From a virus (Duplodnaviria; Caudoviricetes): a stretch of DNA of 64,000 bases. Both the position numbers and the translations under genes were made by a program. Below, one piece after another: positions 18,790 to 28,637 of this stretch. The stretch is from the IMG/VR virus record IMGVR_UViG_3300033407_000007, positions 6,546 to 70,545 of that record; one strand, written 5' to 3'. Position 1 is the stretch's first letter, and each line of letters begins with the position of its first letter. A model generated the notes under the pieces. It saw only the letters and a list, made by a program, of their open reading frames with translations, had not been told where the DNA came from and did not search any database.

Positions 18790-19103
18790 GCAACCAACTA
18801 GCTATAGGCTGTGACAACTTGGTATGGTGGGAGTATCCCGAGGATGCCGTAGACGGCTCTAGTATCGGAAGCGATGCTACAGGTACTGTCACAGTCAAGG
18901 ATTCTACTGACAGTGAGGTGACTGGAGCGATTGATTTAGCCGCTACTTATGATGCCGGACCTCCAATCAGGTACTACGCCACAATACCCAACACAGTGGA
19001 CCTGACTGAAGGTAGTACCTACTACGTGGAGTTTACGCTAACCAGTAGCGCTGGCCTACATGGGTTCCGCCGTAAGGCATATACAGCGGAGTACGCTGAC
19101 TGA
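18786..19103 (+). CDS. small Ig-like structural protein (putative)
   Basis: GAGG RBS; beta-rich TVTVKD...YYVEFTLT. Confidence 0.5.
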   Translation: MSNQLAIGCDNLVWWEYPEDAVDGSSIGSDATGTVTVKDSTDSEVTGAIDLAATYDAGPPIRYYATIPNTVDLTEGSTYYVEFTLTSSAGLHGFRRKAYTAEYAD

Positions 19104-19621
19104 TGAGAGTAGACCGTGTAGAAGCAGTGATCAAGGCGCTGATGAAAGCCAAGATCAAGTATGGTAAGCCCGGTAACAGCGTGATTGTAGGCTACACGGC
19201 CAACTACGCACTACACGTGCACGAGATGGTGGACAAGGAAGGATTACCCAGGATAGGCGAGGGTATTCCCCGGCGCAAGCCGCACAAGGGTAAATACTGG
19301 GACCCGCAGGGTAGAGGACAAAGTAAGTTCCTGGAGCAGCCGTTCATTGAGAACCGGGACATGTTGGCACGCACGGTCATTGATACTACCCGAGCTACTA
19401 AGAGTTTAGAAAAAGGGCTCCTAGTAGCCGGGTTAAGACTACAGGCACTGAGCCAAAAGCTGGTACCAGTAGACACCGGGAACTTAAAGGCTAGTGCATT
19501 TACAACACTAGATCGTACTTCTGACGAGGCTATGATAATCAGTCATTACAAGTTGGCCAGACGAACAACAGCCCAGAAAGAACGGGCACTGTTGAAAAAA
19601 CTCAAGAAGGGCAGTAAATGA
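19103..19621 (+). CDS. neck/tail completion protein (HK97 gp10-like)
   Basis: VGYTANYALHVHE, QSKFLEQP, PVDTGNLKAS motifs. Confidence 0.8.
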   Translation: MRVDRVEAVIKALMKAKIKYGKPGNSVIVGYTANYALHVHEMVDKEGLPRIGEGIPRRKPHKGKYWDPQGRGQSKFLEQPFIENRDMLARTVIDTTRATKSLEKGLLVAGLRLQALSQKLVPVDTGNLKASAFTTLDRTSDEAMIISHYKLARRTTAQKERALLKKLKKGSK

Positions 19622-20079
19622 GCGGAACAATGAGCCATGCTCCTGATCAGGTGATCAGGCAACTACTAGTGGACCTGGGACTGGCCAGCGATGGGACACT
19701 AGTGTGGCCTGTATTCGCAGGGCAGGAGCCTGATGTCCCCGATGATTGCATCACGGTTTACGATACAGGGATCACCAGGGAGGGCCGGTTTCAAATTGGT
19801 GGTGAGGAACAGACGGCATACAACCTACAGATAAAAATCCGTAGTGCCACGCAGCAAGAGGGCTACGTCAAGGCTAACTCTATCCAGACTACGCTGGCGT
19901 CTAGTGTACATAACACAGTGACTACTACGGTAACAGACGATGAGGGCGTTGGCACCGCTACACAGAGTTACATGATCTACGCAATCAGTCTACGAAGTTT
20001 TTTCAGGGTTCCTGTCCCCTACAGCGACAGAAAGATTTGGACCTGCAATATCCAAGCAACAATAACCCAATCACCCTAA
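19618..20079 (+). CDS. tail terminator-like protein
   Basis: EPDVPDDCITVYDT...LQIKIRS; precedes the tube gene. Confidence 0.75.
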   Translation: MSGTMSHAPDQVIRQLLVDLGLASDGTLVWPVFAGQEPDVPDDCITVYDTGITREGRFQIGGEEQTAYNLQIKIRSATQQEGYVKANSIQTTLASSVHNTVTTTVTDDEGVGTATQSYMIYAISLRSFFRVPVPYSDRKIWTCNIQATITQSP

Positions 20080-20095
20080 TACGAGGAGAATCTAA

Positions 20096-20569
20096 ATGGC
20101 AGCCCCAGCAGCAACAGCACGCAGTACTCCCGGAGCACTTCCCCTCAGGGACGGCTTCGCCACAATGATCACCTTCGGGGATGACCCCGACCTCTCCGTC
20201 TGGGAGAAGGCCACGACCCCTCCTGGGGTAGACGGGGGAGATCCCGTAGATACGACTACATTCCACAATTCGAGCTACCGCACCAAGTGGCCTCGCCAGT
20301 TGAAGGAGTACACTGACATTAGTATGCGCGTATCCTACGCCGGAGAAGTTCGTACGCAGATCGAGTCTCTCGTCAATGTCAATGACGAAATTACGGTCAC
20401 TTACCCAGACGGCACCACTGATGCATTCTGGGGGTACCTCCGTAGTTTTACCCCTCAAGAATGCGCCGATGGCAGCCAGCCCGAGGCAAACATTGTAGTG
20501 GTCATTACCAATACTGACGCCAGCTACGCCGAGCAAGGTCCGGTGATGGCGGCTGTCGCCGGTACCTAG
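20096..20569 (+). CDS. major tail tube protein
   Basis: PPGVDGGDPVDTTTF...YPDGTTDAFWGYL; strong GAGGAG RBS. Confidence 0.8.
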   Translation: MAAPAATARSTPGALPLRDGFATMITFGDDPDLSVWEKATTPPGVDGGDPVDTTTFHNSSYRTKWPRQLKEYTDISMRVSYAGEVRTQIESLVNVNDEITVTYPDGTTDAFWGYLRSFTPQECADGSQPEANIVVVITNTDASYAEQGPVMAAVAGT

Positions 20570-20691
20570 TCGCTCCGAAGGCCCCGCAGGGTCGCAGGGC
20601 ATAATACTCCCCCAACCCCTGCCGGAGGCCCTTACGCGACGTACTAGGCCCCTTAAAACGTGTATTAGGCCCTCTAACTTAGGAGCGAACC

Positions 20692-21168
20692 GTGAAAGAT
20701 CTAAATTTTGGCAGCCTAGAAGTTATCCGTGTCCACGTAACTGGCCCCAACCGCAAGCATTACCTTTTGTGTGAGGCGTCTGGTGACGCGGTGGCCAAGT
20801 TCAACAACGCCAGATCCAAGACCGCCAAGCTGCGAGACGGCCAGGTCGTTGGAGTGGACGGGGTAGGCGAACTGGAATGCCTGCTCGTATCCTACTGTTT
20901 ATTCCATGCCCAAGAAGACCCTAACAACATAGTAGAGTTCATCCTCACCAGTCCGGTTGAGACTGAGAGTCTACAGGTAATCAAGGCATGGCCATCTCGT
21001 GTCACTCGTAAGCTGTACGATACAGCCAGAAAGATCAGCGAGATTGACATGGATGATAGTCTTGAGTCCTTGTACAAACAACGGGACGAACTAACCAAAC
21101 AGATCGAGAAGATCGAGCAGGATGCAGCAAAAAACGAGCAAACGAACTCCACCAGTGGCTCCGACTAG
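20692..21168 (+). CDS. tail assembly chaperone (G-like)
   Basis: Between tube and tape measure; slippery site near its 3' end. Confidence 0.8.
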   Translation: MKDLNFGSLEVIRVHVTGPNRKHYLLCEASGDAVAKFNNARSKTAKLRDGQVVGVDGVGELECLLVSYCLFHAQEDPNNIVEFILTSPVETESLQVIKAWPSRVTRKLYDTARKISEIDMDDSLESLYKQRDELTKQIEKIEQDAAKNEQTNSTSGSD

Positions 21169-21458
21169 CAAACGACCTAGGGGTCGATTACCCTCTGGAG
21201 GAGTTCCAACGAAAGATCACCCATCGAGAGTTCAGGACGAGGGTCGCGTGGTATGACCTACAGCTTAACATCCCGGACCGCGGGGACTTCTATCTCATGC
21301 AGATAGCTGGATGTGTAGCCCACGTGATGAGCAACAAGTCATGGAGCCCTAGTGAGTACCTGATCAAGTTCAAGCAGCCTACGGAAAAGACCCTAGAAGA
21401 GCGAACCCGCGAAGCTAAGGCAGTGTGGTCTCAGAGACTAAGCCGTAACAGGAGATAG
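21129..21458 (+). CDS. -1 frameshift extension of the tail chaperone (GT-like)
   Basis: A AAA AAC at 21129-21135; -1 frame KRANELHQWLRLANDLG...SRNRR* is open to TAG 21458, just before the TMP. Confidence 0.8.
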   Translation, partial: KKRANELHQWLRLANDLGVDYPLEEFQRKITHREFRTRVAWYDLQLNIPDRGDFYLMQIAGCVAHVMSNKSWSPSEYLIKFKQPTEKTLEERTREAKAVWSQRLSRNRR

Positions 21459-21462
21459 ATGT

Positions 21463-23706
21463 ATGGCAGGCGAGGCTGAGATTGAACGGATGATCGTCCG
21501 CCTGATTGGCGATGCGTCCCAGTATTACAAGACCCTTGACACCGCGACTGCCAAGACTAAATCGTTTGCCACTGATGCCGGTATGCAACTGAAAAAGATA
21601 GGGGACGGGATGAAGAGGCTCGGTCGTCAAATGACGATGAGGTTGACCCTACCTATCATCGGTGTCGGCGCTGGGTCTCTGAAGGTGTTCTCGGACTTCG
21701 ACCAGGCCATGACTGAGAGCTTGTCTATCATGAAGGCGACGGATGAGCAGGCTCAACAAATGCGCAGCTTGGCATTAGAACTTCCGTTCAGTGGAAAAGT
21801 TATACAGGCACCTAAGGACCTGGCACAAGCGTACTTCTTCCTGGCGTCCGCTGGACTATCTGTAGAGCAGCAGCTCAAGGCGCTCAAGCCGATGGCTGAC
21901 TTCAGTACGGCTGGGGCCTTTGACATGGCCAGAGCTACCGACATTCTTACGGATGCTCTGTCAGGTCTTGGACTAGCCAGTAAGGATGCCGCCGAATACG
22001 AAAAGAACATGATGTTCGTATCAGATCATTTATCTAAGGCCAACCAGTCAGCTAATGCTTCTATAGAGCAATTTGGCAAGGCACTGACCAACGGAGCGGC
22101 TCCCGCTACCAAGAAGATCAGCGGGGAATTGAAGACTACCATTGCCTTTCTGGAGGTACTGGCTGATACCGGATTCGCCAAGGGAGAATCGGCAGGTACA
22201 GACTTCCAAACTACCATCAACGGCCTCGAGCAGTCTTACGCCATGCACAAGAAGGAGTACGAACGTCTGGGGATCAGCTTGTTCAACAGCAGTGGTCAGT
22301 GGCTCGACCTGGTGGACATCGTCGATAACTTCAACAATGCCTTAGGGCAGTTATCCCCAGAGATGCGAGCTGTCGAGATGCAGAATATGGCCATCAACCG
22401 TTCTACTAAAAACGTAATGACCATATGGATGCAGAATATCGAGCACGCTAAAGAACTGAAGAAGGCTCATGAAGACGTGGCGGGGGCAACGAAGGAGATC
22501 GCAGACAAGCAACTCAAGTCGTTCTCCAACCAGATGAAGGTACTCTGGAACCAAGTCAAGGTAGTGGCTATTGAACTAGGTGAAGTATTGGCCCCAGTCG
22601 TCATCTGGTTAAATGAGAAACTACAAGTTGCAATCGGGTGGTGGAGAGGGTTGAGCGATTCAATCAAGATGAATACAGCCATCGTGCTAGCGGTCGTAGC
22701 CGCGATGGGGCCGTTGTTTATAGTCCTAGGGTCCATTATCTCTACATTAGGTAGTTTAGCCCTAGCCCTTCCTCTCATGGGTACCGCGTTCTCGGCCATA
22801 CTCCCATTCCTGCCCATCGTAGCCGCGGGCGTGGCTGCCGTCGCAGCGGCTGTAGCTTGGATGGTCTATAACTGGAAGCATGTTCTACCACTTTGGGAGT
22901 CGCTTAAGAACTTCTGGAGTAATGCGATGCTTCCTCTTATCAAAGAACTGTGGAAAGAATTGAAGCAAGTATGGCAGTTGTTCGTAGACATTGGGTTGGT
23001 GGCCTTTGTCAGCAACGGAATCAAGGGTCTGATCCTCTTAGCTTCTTATCTCCTGGATGCAGTCACCAAGATGGTAGAAGGGATGCTATGGCTCAAGGGA
23101 TTGGTGGTTGGGTCAGAAGCTGGGATCAAGAGAGTGACTAAGGGAGGTAAGTACGACGTCTACGAACCAGACAAACCAGGCAGCAACCCTTACCTCAACT
23201 CCATGAAGAGCAAGTATGACGTGTACGCTCCAGACATCACAGGTAGTAATCCTTACATGGATTCAATGAAGAGTGAGTATGACGTCTATGCCCCAGACAA
23301 ACCAGATAGTAACCCTTACCTAGACTCGATGAAAGGTAAGGGGGAGTACGACGTGTATAAATGGATTGATGACGCTAAAACTGAAGCTGAATTCGCTGCT
23401 AAGCACGGGTGGAAGGGTCAACCAAATTGGGGACCTACCCAACTGCCCCCACCTCCAAAAATGACCGGCTTAGCTAATGGGTTTGCTGCTCTTCAAGATA
23501 TTACAGCGTCTAGGTCAGGTACCGCCGATGCTGCTAGCCTCATAGCTAATAATATGTTGGCAATGTCCTCCAGGAACACTGGCAAGGAAGAATCAACTGG
23601 AGAGCGCACGGCTAACGCTACTGAGGGTATCTTAGGCGTGGTCACTCGCATAGCAGACGAAGGTGGAAGTCTGAGCCCTGCTAATCTAGCTTCGGGAGGT
23701 TCATGA
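21463..23706 (+). CDS. tail tape measure protein (TP901-type core)
   Basis: FSDFDQAMTESLSI, YFFLASAG, GAFDMARATDIL; hydrophobic middle section; 747 aa. Confidence 0.9.
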   Translation: MAGEAEIERMIVRLIGDASQYYKTLDTATAKTKSFATDAGMQLKKIGDGMKRLGRQMTMRLTLPIIGVGAGSLKVFSDFDQAMTESLSIMKATDEQAQQMRSLALELPFSGKVIQAPKDLAQAYFFLASAGLSVEQQLKALKPMADFSTAGAFDMARATDILTDALSGLGLASKDAAEYEKNMMFVSDHLSKANQSANASIEQFGKALTNGAAPATKKISGELKTTIAFLEVLADTGFAKGESAGTDFQTTINGLEQSYAMHKKEYERLGISLFNSSGQWLDLVDIVDNFNNALGQLSPEMRAVEMQNMAINRSTKNVMTIWMQNIEHAKELKKAHEDVAGATKEIADKQLKSFSNQMKVLWNQVKVVAIELGEVLAPVVIWLNEKLQVAIGWWRGLSDSIKMNTAIVLAVVAAMGPLFIVLGSIISTLGSLALALPLMGTAFSAILPFLPIVAAGVAAVAAAVAWMVYNWKHVLPLWESLKNFWSNAMLPLIKELWKELKQVWQLFVDIGLVAFVSNGIKGLILLASYLLDAVTKMVEGMLWLKGLVVGSEAGIKRVTKGGKYDVYEPDKPGSNPYLNSMKSKYDVYAPDITGSNPYMDSMKSEYDVYAPDKPDSNPYLDSMKGKGEYDVYKWIDDAKTEAEFAAKHGWKGQPNWGPTQLPPPPKMTGLANGFAALQDITASRSGTADAASLIANNMLAMSSRNTGKEESTGERTANATEGILGVVTRIADEGGSLSPANLASGGS
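23149..23355 (+). repeat. about 3.3 copies of a 21-aa repeat inside the TMP
   Basis: KYDVYEPDKPGSNPYLNSMKS / KYDVYAPDITGSNPYMDSMKS / EYDVYAPDKPDSNPYLDSMKG. Confidence 0.9.
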
Positions 23707-24773
23707 TGGCCGTAGAATACGCTAGGCCGTTTCGCTGGGAGGTCAGCCAAGATGGTGAGTTATACCGCGACTACTGGGTGACGTTCCTAGTCAAAGTATC
23801 GGCCCCTTATAACTCCAATACAGGCGTGGGAGATGGTCCATATACAGTAGGTAGTTCTGGATTATTACCGTCTGTGGGTGACCCCTGGAGCTATGGTAAT
23901 GATAATGACCCGTGGAGCATCTGCCACCCGGATCGTACGATCAAGCCGTCATCCCAGCACAACGATAAGGACGGCCGTATAGCATTCTATGATGTGCGGA
24001 TACTGTTCAGTAATCGCCCCATGAAGAGGTGCTTGACAGACGATAGGGGCAATCCCCTATTGGAGCCGCAAAGGGTCAGTGGCAGTATGATCAAGAGTAA
24101 GATCGAGGCTATCAAGGACCGCAATGGGACTCCATTCAAATCATCGAGCCACGAGATGTTCCGTGGTCCCCAGGTCGAGTACGACAGCAGTCATCCTACC
24201 GTGCACATAGAGCAGAATGTGTCAACACTGGAGTTGCCACTGTGCACCAGTCTGATGGATCACCTCAACGACGATACTCTGTGGGGCCTGGATGCTCGCA
24301 GGATCAAGCTGAGTAATTTCTCCTGGGAGGAGAAGTGGTATGACGTGTGTTCGTACTACTACACTCGCATATTCGACTTCGAGGTGAAGAACAACGCCAA
24401 TGACAGTTGGGATAACACCATATTGGACGAGGGCACTCGCGTGCTCAACGGACGATGGGCGGACACGGATGACGCTGAATGTACCGCCGACGACCGCTGG
24501 GTGACAGTGGACGTGTGCGGGGCCGCTCCCGATCAGGCTAATCCCCAGGACTTTACCCGGTACAAGGATCGTAATGGGGAGAACAGCCGGGTGCTGCTCA
24601 ATGGCGCGGGTAAACCCGCCAACGCTACCACCTTGCAGGTGATCAGCGGTACGGGTGAAACAGGTACAGGTAATACTGGGGAAATAGCTGAACTACAGTT
24701 TGAGTATTACCCAGAGGGTGACTTCACCCAACTGAATATCCCAACTACGATTGACTTCGGAACTGCAACCTAG
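23703..24773 (+). CDS. tail tip/distal tail protein (putative)
   Basis: First gene after the TMP; overlaps it. Confidence 0.55.
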   Translation: MMAVEYARPFRWEVSQDGELYRDYWVTFLVKVSAPYNSNTGVGDGPYTVGSSGLLPSVGDPWSYGNDNDPWSICHPDRTIKPSSQHNDKDGRIAFYDVRILFSNRPMKRCLTDDRGNPLLEPQRVSGSMIKSKIEAIKDRNGTPFKSSSHEMFRGPQVEYDSSHPTVHIEQNVSTLELPLCTSLMDHLNDDTLWGLDARRIKLSNFSWEEKWYDVCSYYYTRIFDFEVKNNANDSWDNTILDEGTRVLNGRWADTDDAECTADDRWVTVDVCGAAPDQANPQDFTRYKDRNGENSRVLLNGAGKPANATTLQVISGTGETGTGNTGEIAELQFEYYPEGDFTQLNIPTTIDFGTAT

Positions 24774-24792
24774 TTAGCGCGGAGGAGCGACT

Positions 24793-25218
24793 GTGGCTAA
24801 CACTCGTGTGAGATTCACGGTAGGTGGGAACATCTACTATCAGATACCGGGCAGCGACCCGGTGCACGTCCCTATGAAGTACGACAGGGGCGTTCTTACC
24901 CCCGAGCAACCCTGGCAGCATAGCCCGTCCGGAGGGGTCGGCCCAGAGTGGATTCCTGTAGACCTGGGGTGGCTAGCAGACTGCTGCGGCACAGTGGTGA
25001 TAACTAATCGCGAGAAGTCCAGCGATTACCCCCAGGAGAATGACAAGATCATCGAATTGGCATACGGTGACCAAGACCCGTACGACACGCTGGAGCGCAG
25101 GCACCTAAAGATCCCGCCTGGTGAGGTGCAGCCAGTTTACCCTAGCCATCCTAAGGAACTGTACCTGCGCTGCGTCAACGGTCCGGCGAAGTACTCTATC
25201 ACGGTGTTCCCACGATGA
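24793..25218 (+). CDS. putative tail protein
   Basis: GGAGGAG RBS; in the tail operon. Confidence 0.5.
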   Translation: MANTRVRFTVGGNIYYQIPGSDPVHVPMKYDRGVLTPEQPWQHSPSGGVGPEWIPVDLGWLADCCGTVVITNREKSSDYPQENDKIIELAYGDQDPYDTLERRHLKIPPGEVQPVYPSHPKELYLRCVNGPAKYSITVFPR

Positions 25219-26015
25219 ACCTATATGGATTGACAGAAGCTGACCTAAGGTGGCTCAAGACCAACATCGCCGAGCTACGCGAAGTAGTGGCTAACCGCAG
25301 CAGGCCGGGTATGGAGAGTAGCTGGTCTGACCGGGAAGACCACCAGGCTCCAGAGTCCTACGTGGCCAGGCCGTTGGACAGCTACGCTAACTACTATTCC
25401 AACAACCTGGGTACTGGCACCGGAGGTCCGGACAGCCTGTTGCCGGCGCTCGTACCCGCTACTGGTACAGGGTCTTTCGACTATGACGTGCCAGGAATGG
25501 CCAAGTGCGCCATCTACCGCGTAATTGATGATGCATTTGGTAACCCCACGCTACGCCCGTTAGGCGGAGCAGGCAGTGAGGATCACTACCAGTGGGTGTA
25601 CAACGTCACTACCCAGTCAGCCACCAATAAGTTCTTTCCGATCACTCGGGACAAGTACGGATTCTGGATCCCGATGTTAGGTGGTAGTAGTGCAGAGATT
25701 ATTAGGTTCCAAGTGCTAAGCGCTGGTAGCTTCTACGATGACACCAGCGTTGAGTGTAACACTGTAATCGCAGAAGTGCTGGACATTAGCTGCGGTGGGT
25801 CTGGAGTAAGTGTTGGAGATGAAATAACTGTGTGGGACCCGAGTGGCTGTTGGTTTAGCATCCCCATTGAGAACATCGAAAACTCATATGGCATAGCCCA
25901 GCGTATGAACAAGGGCGGCGATTTTGCTATTGACGAGTGTACCCAGGATAACGACAGCGCCGGTTGCTTCTGGATGGTAATCAACCTATGCTGTGCTGAA
26001 GAGGTACTACTATGA
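25215..26015 (+). CDS. putative tail protein
   Basis: ATGA overlap; GTGTGG tracts; Cys-rich end. Confidence 0.5.
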   Translation: MNLYGLTEADLRWLKTNIAELREVVANRSRPGMESSWSDREDHQAPESYVARPLDSYANYYSNNLGTGTGGPDSLLPALVPATGTGSFDYDVPGMAKCAIYRVIDDAFGNPTLRPLGGAGSEDHYQWVYNVTTQSATNKFFPITRDKYGFWIPMLGGSSAEIIRFQVLSAGSFYDDTSVECNTVIAEVLDISCGGSGVSVGDEITVWDPSGCWFSIPIENIENSYGIAQRMNKGGDFAIDECTQDNDSAGCFWMVINLCCAEEVLL

Positions 26016-27904
26016 CCAGGGAATCCCATGGGCCTGATCCCTGTAACGGTAGTCTCAAGTGTCAGGACTTTCATGACAGTCTTGGTCGTCAAGTCGGTAC
26101 CGGTAGCGGGGAAGTTACCCCACTAGGAGGGATCTATAACTGCTGCTGCTGCGATCCTTGTAGATTTGTCCGCCCTAGTCCATTCACTGATGAGGATGAT
26201 GAAAGGTACTATTGCTGCCGCTGCGTACCTAGAGTCATATTCTTGAAGTTTGTACCTAACGATCTAGACGCTAACTGCTGTAAGGTCATTGGTCTACCAT
26301 TGTTTGCAGAGGCCGGTGATCCAGGTTCCTACTTGACCACATACCAAGGATCTATGCTTGGGTTAACGGTCTATGTAGAAGTCGGCAGGCTAACGGGTAC
26401 TGGTACTGGGACAGCACTTGGCTGCGGTTGGCGGTTTACGGCTACTATCAATGGTACTGGTAGCGGTACCGGTGAAATTGAAATTTATAGCATAGACCAT
26501 GATGATCCATCGTGCCTATACGTGCCTGAGGGGATGAACCTAGGTAGTGTGGAAGGTCCTAATGGTTGCAGCGGCTACTTGACTGTTGAGGATGTGTACA
26601 AGGTAAAACTACCGTTCCAAGAAAGGTACGTGACTGAAAACTGGATAGGCCCAAACTATATAGACATATCTAACGATCCAAGCGGTCAATGCACTGAGGT
26701 GTGTGCTCGCGTGTGTGTAGCTGGTATCCGCCATGCAGGCGGTAACTACGAACGAGTTGAATTCGATTGGTTCGATGATGATATAACGGGTACGGGAACT
26801 GCCGCTGACAGAGGGTGGTCTTACGACAATGGTAGCTACGTGGAAAAGTTACTACTCAGTCACGGCGGGACTGACGCAGTAATAACCCCAGAGTTTGAAG
26901 GTGGAGCTGAGATATTCAGCCCTAAAACAGTCAGTAGTACGACCAGGTGTAGCTGTGATATGAAGGAGATTATCACGGGCTCTTTCGGGGGTAGCTCCTA
27001 TACCGCTACTATACGCTGTGGGTTTTGTACTTGCTGGGAGTATGTTTGCGGCACCTGTCGCTGTGTCCCCTACAGTCTCTGCGTTATGTTGTATGACGGC
27101 AGTCAGATGTGGGACAATCTCCAAGCGTACTGGAACGAAACCGACAAGTCTTGGGACGTGGCTAGTACAGAGACAGGTACTGGTTATACCAATCTGCTCC
27201 GTCTGTACTTAGTGGATGAGAACGGCCAGTGCGTTATCAAGCCGGCACTATATGACGGTGATGTACTGACTATGAATAGCTACCCGGTCTACGACTGCGG
27301 CGCAGAAACTGTAACAGGACAATTCACAGGACAACACGACATAGTCACCATATCTGTTGAGGACCAAGACACTATCCTCACTGGCACCGGTACAGATACC
27401 GGATTGATCCTAATCATTGCCAGTAGCTTGCAACCCAACTGTGAAACTGGACCTTGCCAAGAGGCTACGCCATGTTATGATGATTGTGATAGCCATCCGG
27501 ATTCACTGTGGGTTGAAATAAAGCAGTGGTGTGAAGCTGGCGACTGGTCTGGAGGCTACTACTTTGAAGGCGTATTGAGTGTTAAGGTGTACTATTGGCA
27601 GACCATAGATTACCTAGAAACTTCACCCCTAAGGCCGAAATACTCATGCGGGTACATAGGCTATGGTCAACTCTGCGGTGATTGTAGGGTCAAAGTGGAA
27701 CTACGTAACGGTATGATCTACATAGACGGTGCGCCTAGTGGCTGCACTGGAGTATCCTACAGTGAGTGGGAACTCACCACAGAGACCTGTGATCCCTACT
27801 ATGGTCAAACAACTGAAGATGCCGGTAGCGCAGGCCCAATAAACCACGTATGCTTAGGATTAGTCGATGATACGTGTAGGACGCAGATCACGGTGACAGA
27901 ATGA
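26012..27904 (+). CDS. large Cys-rich putative tail tip/host-binding protein
   Basis: NCCCCDPC, YYCCRCVP, CGFCTCWEYVCGTCRCVP, CDSHPDSL; about four internal modules. Confidence 0.55.
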   Translation: MTRESHGPDPCNGSLKCQDFHDSLGRQVGTGSGEVTPLGGIYNCCCCDPCRFVRPSPFTDEDDERYYCCRCVPRVIFLKFVPNDLDANCCKVIGLPLFAEAGDPGSYLTTYQGSMLGLTVYVEVGRLTGTGTGTALGCGWRFTATINGTGSGTGEIEIYSIDHDDPSCLYVPEGMNLGSVEGPNGCSGYLTVEDVYKVKLPFQERYVTENWIGPNYIDISNDPSGQCTEVCARVCVAGIRHAGGNYERVEFDWFDDDITGTGTAADRGWSYDNGSYVEKLLLSHGGTDAVITPEFEGGAEIFSPKTVSSTTRCSCDMKEIITGSFGGSSYTATIRCGFCTCWEYVCGTCRCVPYSLCVMLYDGSQMWDNLQAYWNETDKSWDVASTETGTGYTNLLRLYLVDENGQCVIKPALYDGDVLTMNSYPVYDCGAETVTGQFTGQHDIVTISVEDQDTILTGTGTDTGLILIIASSLQPNCETGPCQEATPCYDDCDSHPDSLWVEIKQWCEAGDWSGGYYFEGVLSVKVYYWQTIDYLETSPLRPKYSCGYIGYGQLCGDCRVKVELRNGMIYIDGAPSGCTGVSYSEWELTTETCDPYYGQTTEDAGSAGPINHVCLGLVDDTCRTQITVTE

Positions 27905-28359
27905 ACAGTACAGAATGCAATCAATTCGCTGTAGGTTCTCAGCGATACAGTATATGCACCGGTAGCCCAGAGTGTGGATTGACGTTAGAGAAGATAAACA
28001 AGTACCGTGCTAGGTGGAACCTACCACCATTAGATAAAGGGGGCACAGAGCCTATAAATACCGTAACTGAAAGTACCAGGGAGCACTTGGTAAGGCTACC
28101 AGCTTCTACTCCTGCTTCTACGGTAGCCAGAGTACGCAAAAGTAGGCCATCCCATAAGCGGCCTGGATTAGGTGACATCGTAGGGATGGGCTTAACTAAG
28201 TTCGGCGTCACAGAAGAGCGAGTAACCAAGTGGCTCGGTAGACCATGTGGTTGTGGTAGGCGTAAGAAGAAACTGAATGCACTTGGCGAGTGGGTTATAC
28301 GCGCAATGAGCCTGAGTCAAGAGGAAGCTGAGCAAGAACTAGAAGAACTCATTGGTTAG
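27901..28359 (+). CDS. hypothetical protein with C-terminal CGCxxR motif
   Basis: GLGDIV...WLGRPCGCGRRKKKLN. Confidence 0.6.
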   Translation: MNSTECNQFAVGSQRYSICTGSPECGLTLEKINKYRARWNLPPLDKGGTEPINTVTESTREHLVRLPASTPASTVARVRKSRPSHKRPGLGDIVGMGLTKFGVTEERVTKWLGRPCGCGRRKKKLNALGEWVIRAMSLSQEEAEQELEELIG

Positions 28360-28576
28360 CCTTTAACTCTGCCAGTTCTTCTTTTAACTGTCGGTTCTCA
28401 TCTAGTAGTTTGTTGAAATGTTCGCTGAGTACGCTATGAACTTGATCATCGTACTGTTTTTGTTTTAGCACCGCGTTGTCGATTGCCTCTTGATCTACTC
28501 GTGGCGGTGTACTACTCACAATGCATACACCGAACAATATGGTTAACAGCAACGTGCTTACTAGTAAATTTCTCAT
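28349..28576 (-). CDS. small signal-anchored coiled-coil protein, antisense to the operon
   Basis: GGAG RBS; MRNLLVSTLLLTILFGVCIVSS followed by coiled coil. Confidence 0.6.
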   Translation of the reverse strand: MRNLLVSTLLLTILFGVCIVSSTPPRVDQEAIDNAVLKQKQYDDQVHSVLSEHFNKLLDENRQLKEELAELKANQ

Positions 28577-28637
28577 CGTACGTCTCCTAATTTTGGTGGC
28601 GCCCCATAACGGCATTATAACCGCGTAAGGTAAATCT

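Noticed and set aside
19095-19125. Other CTGATGA hits (19099, 26189, 41323, 58280) as hammerheads
   Set aside because: No properly placed GAAA or flanking stems; they fall in coding sequence or gene junctions
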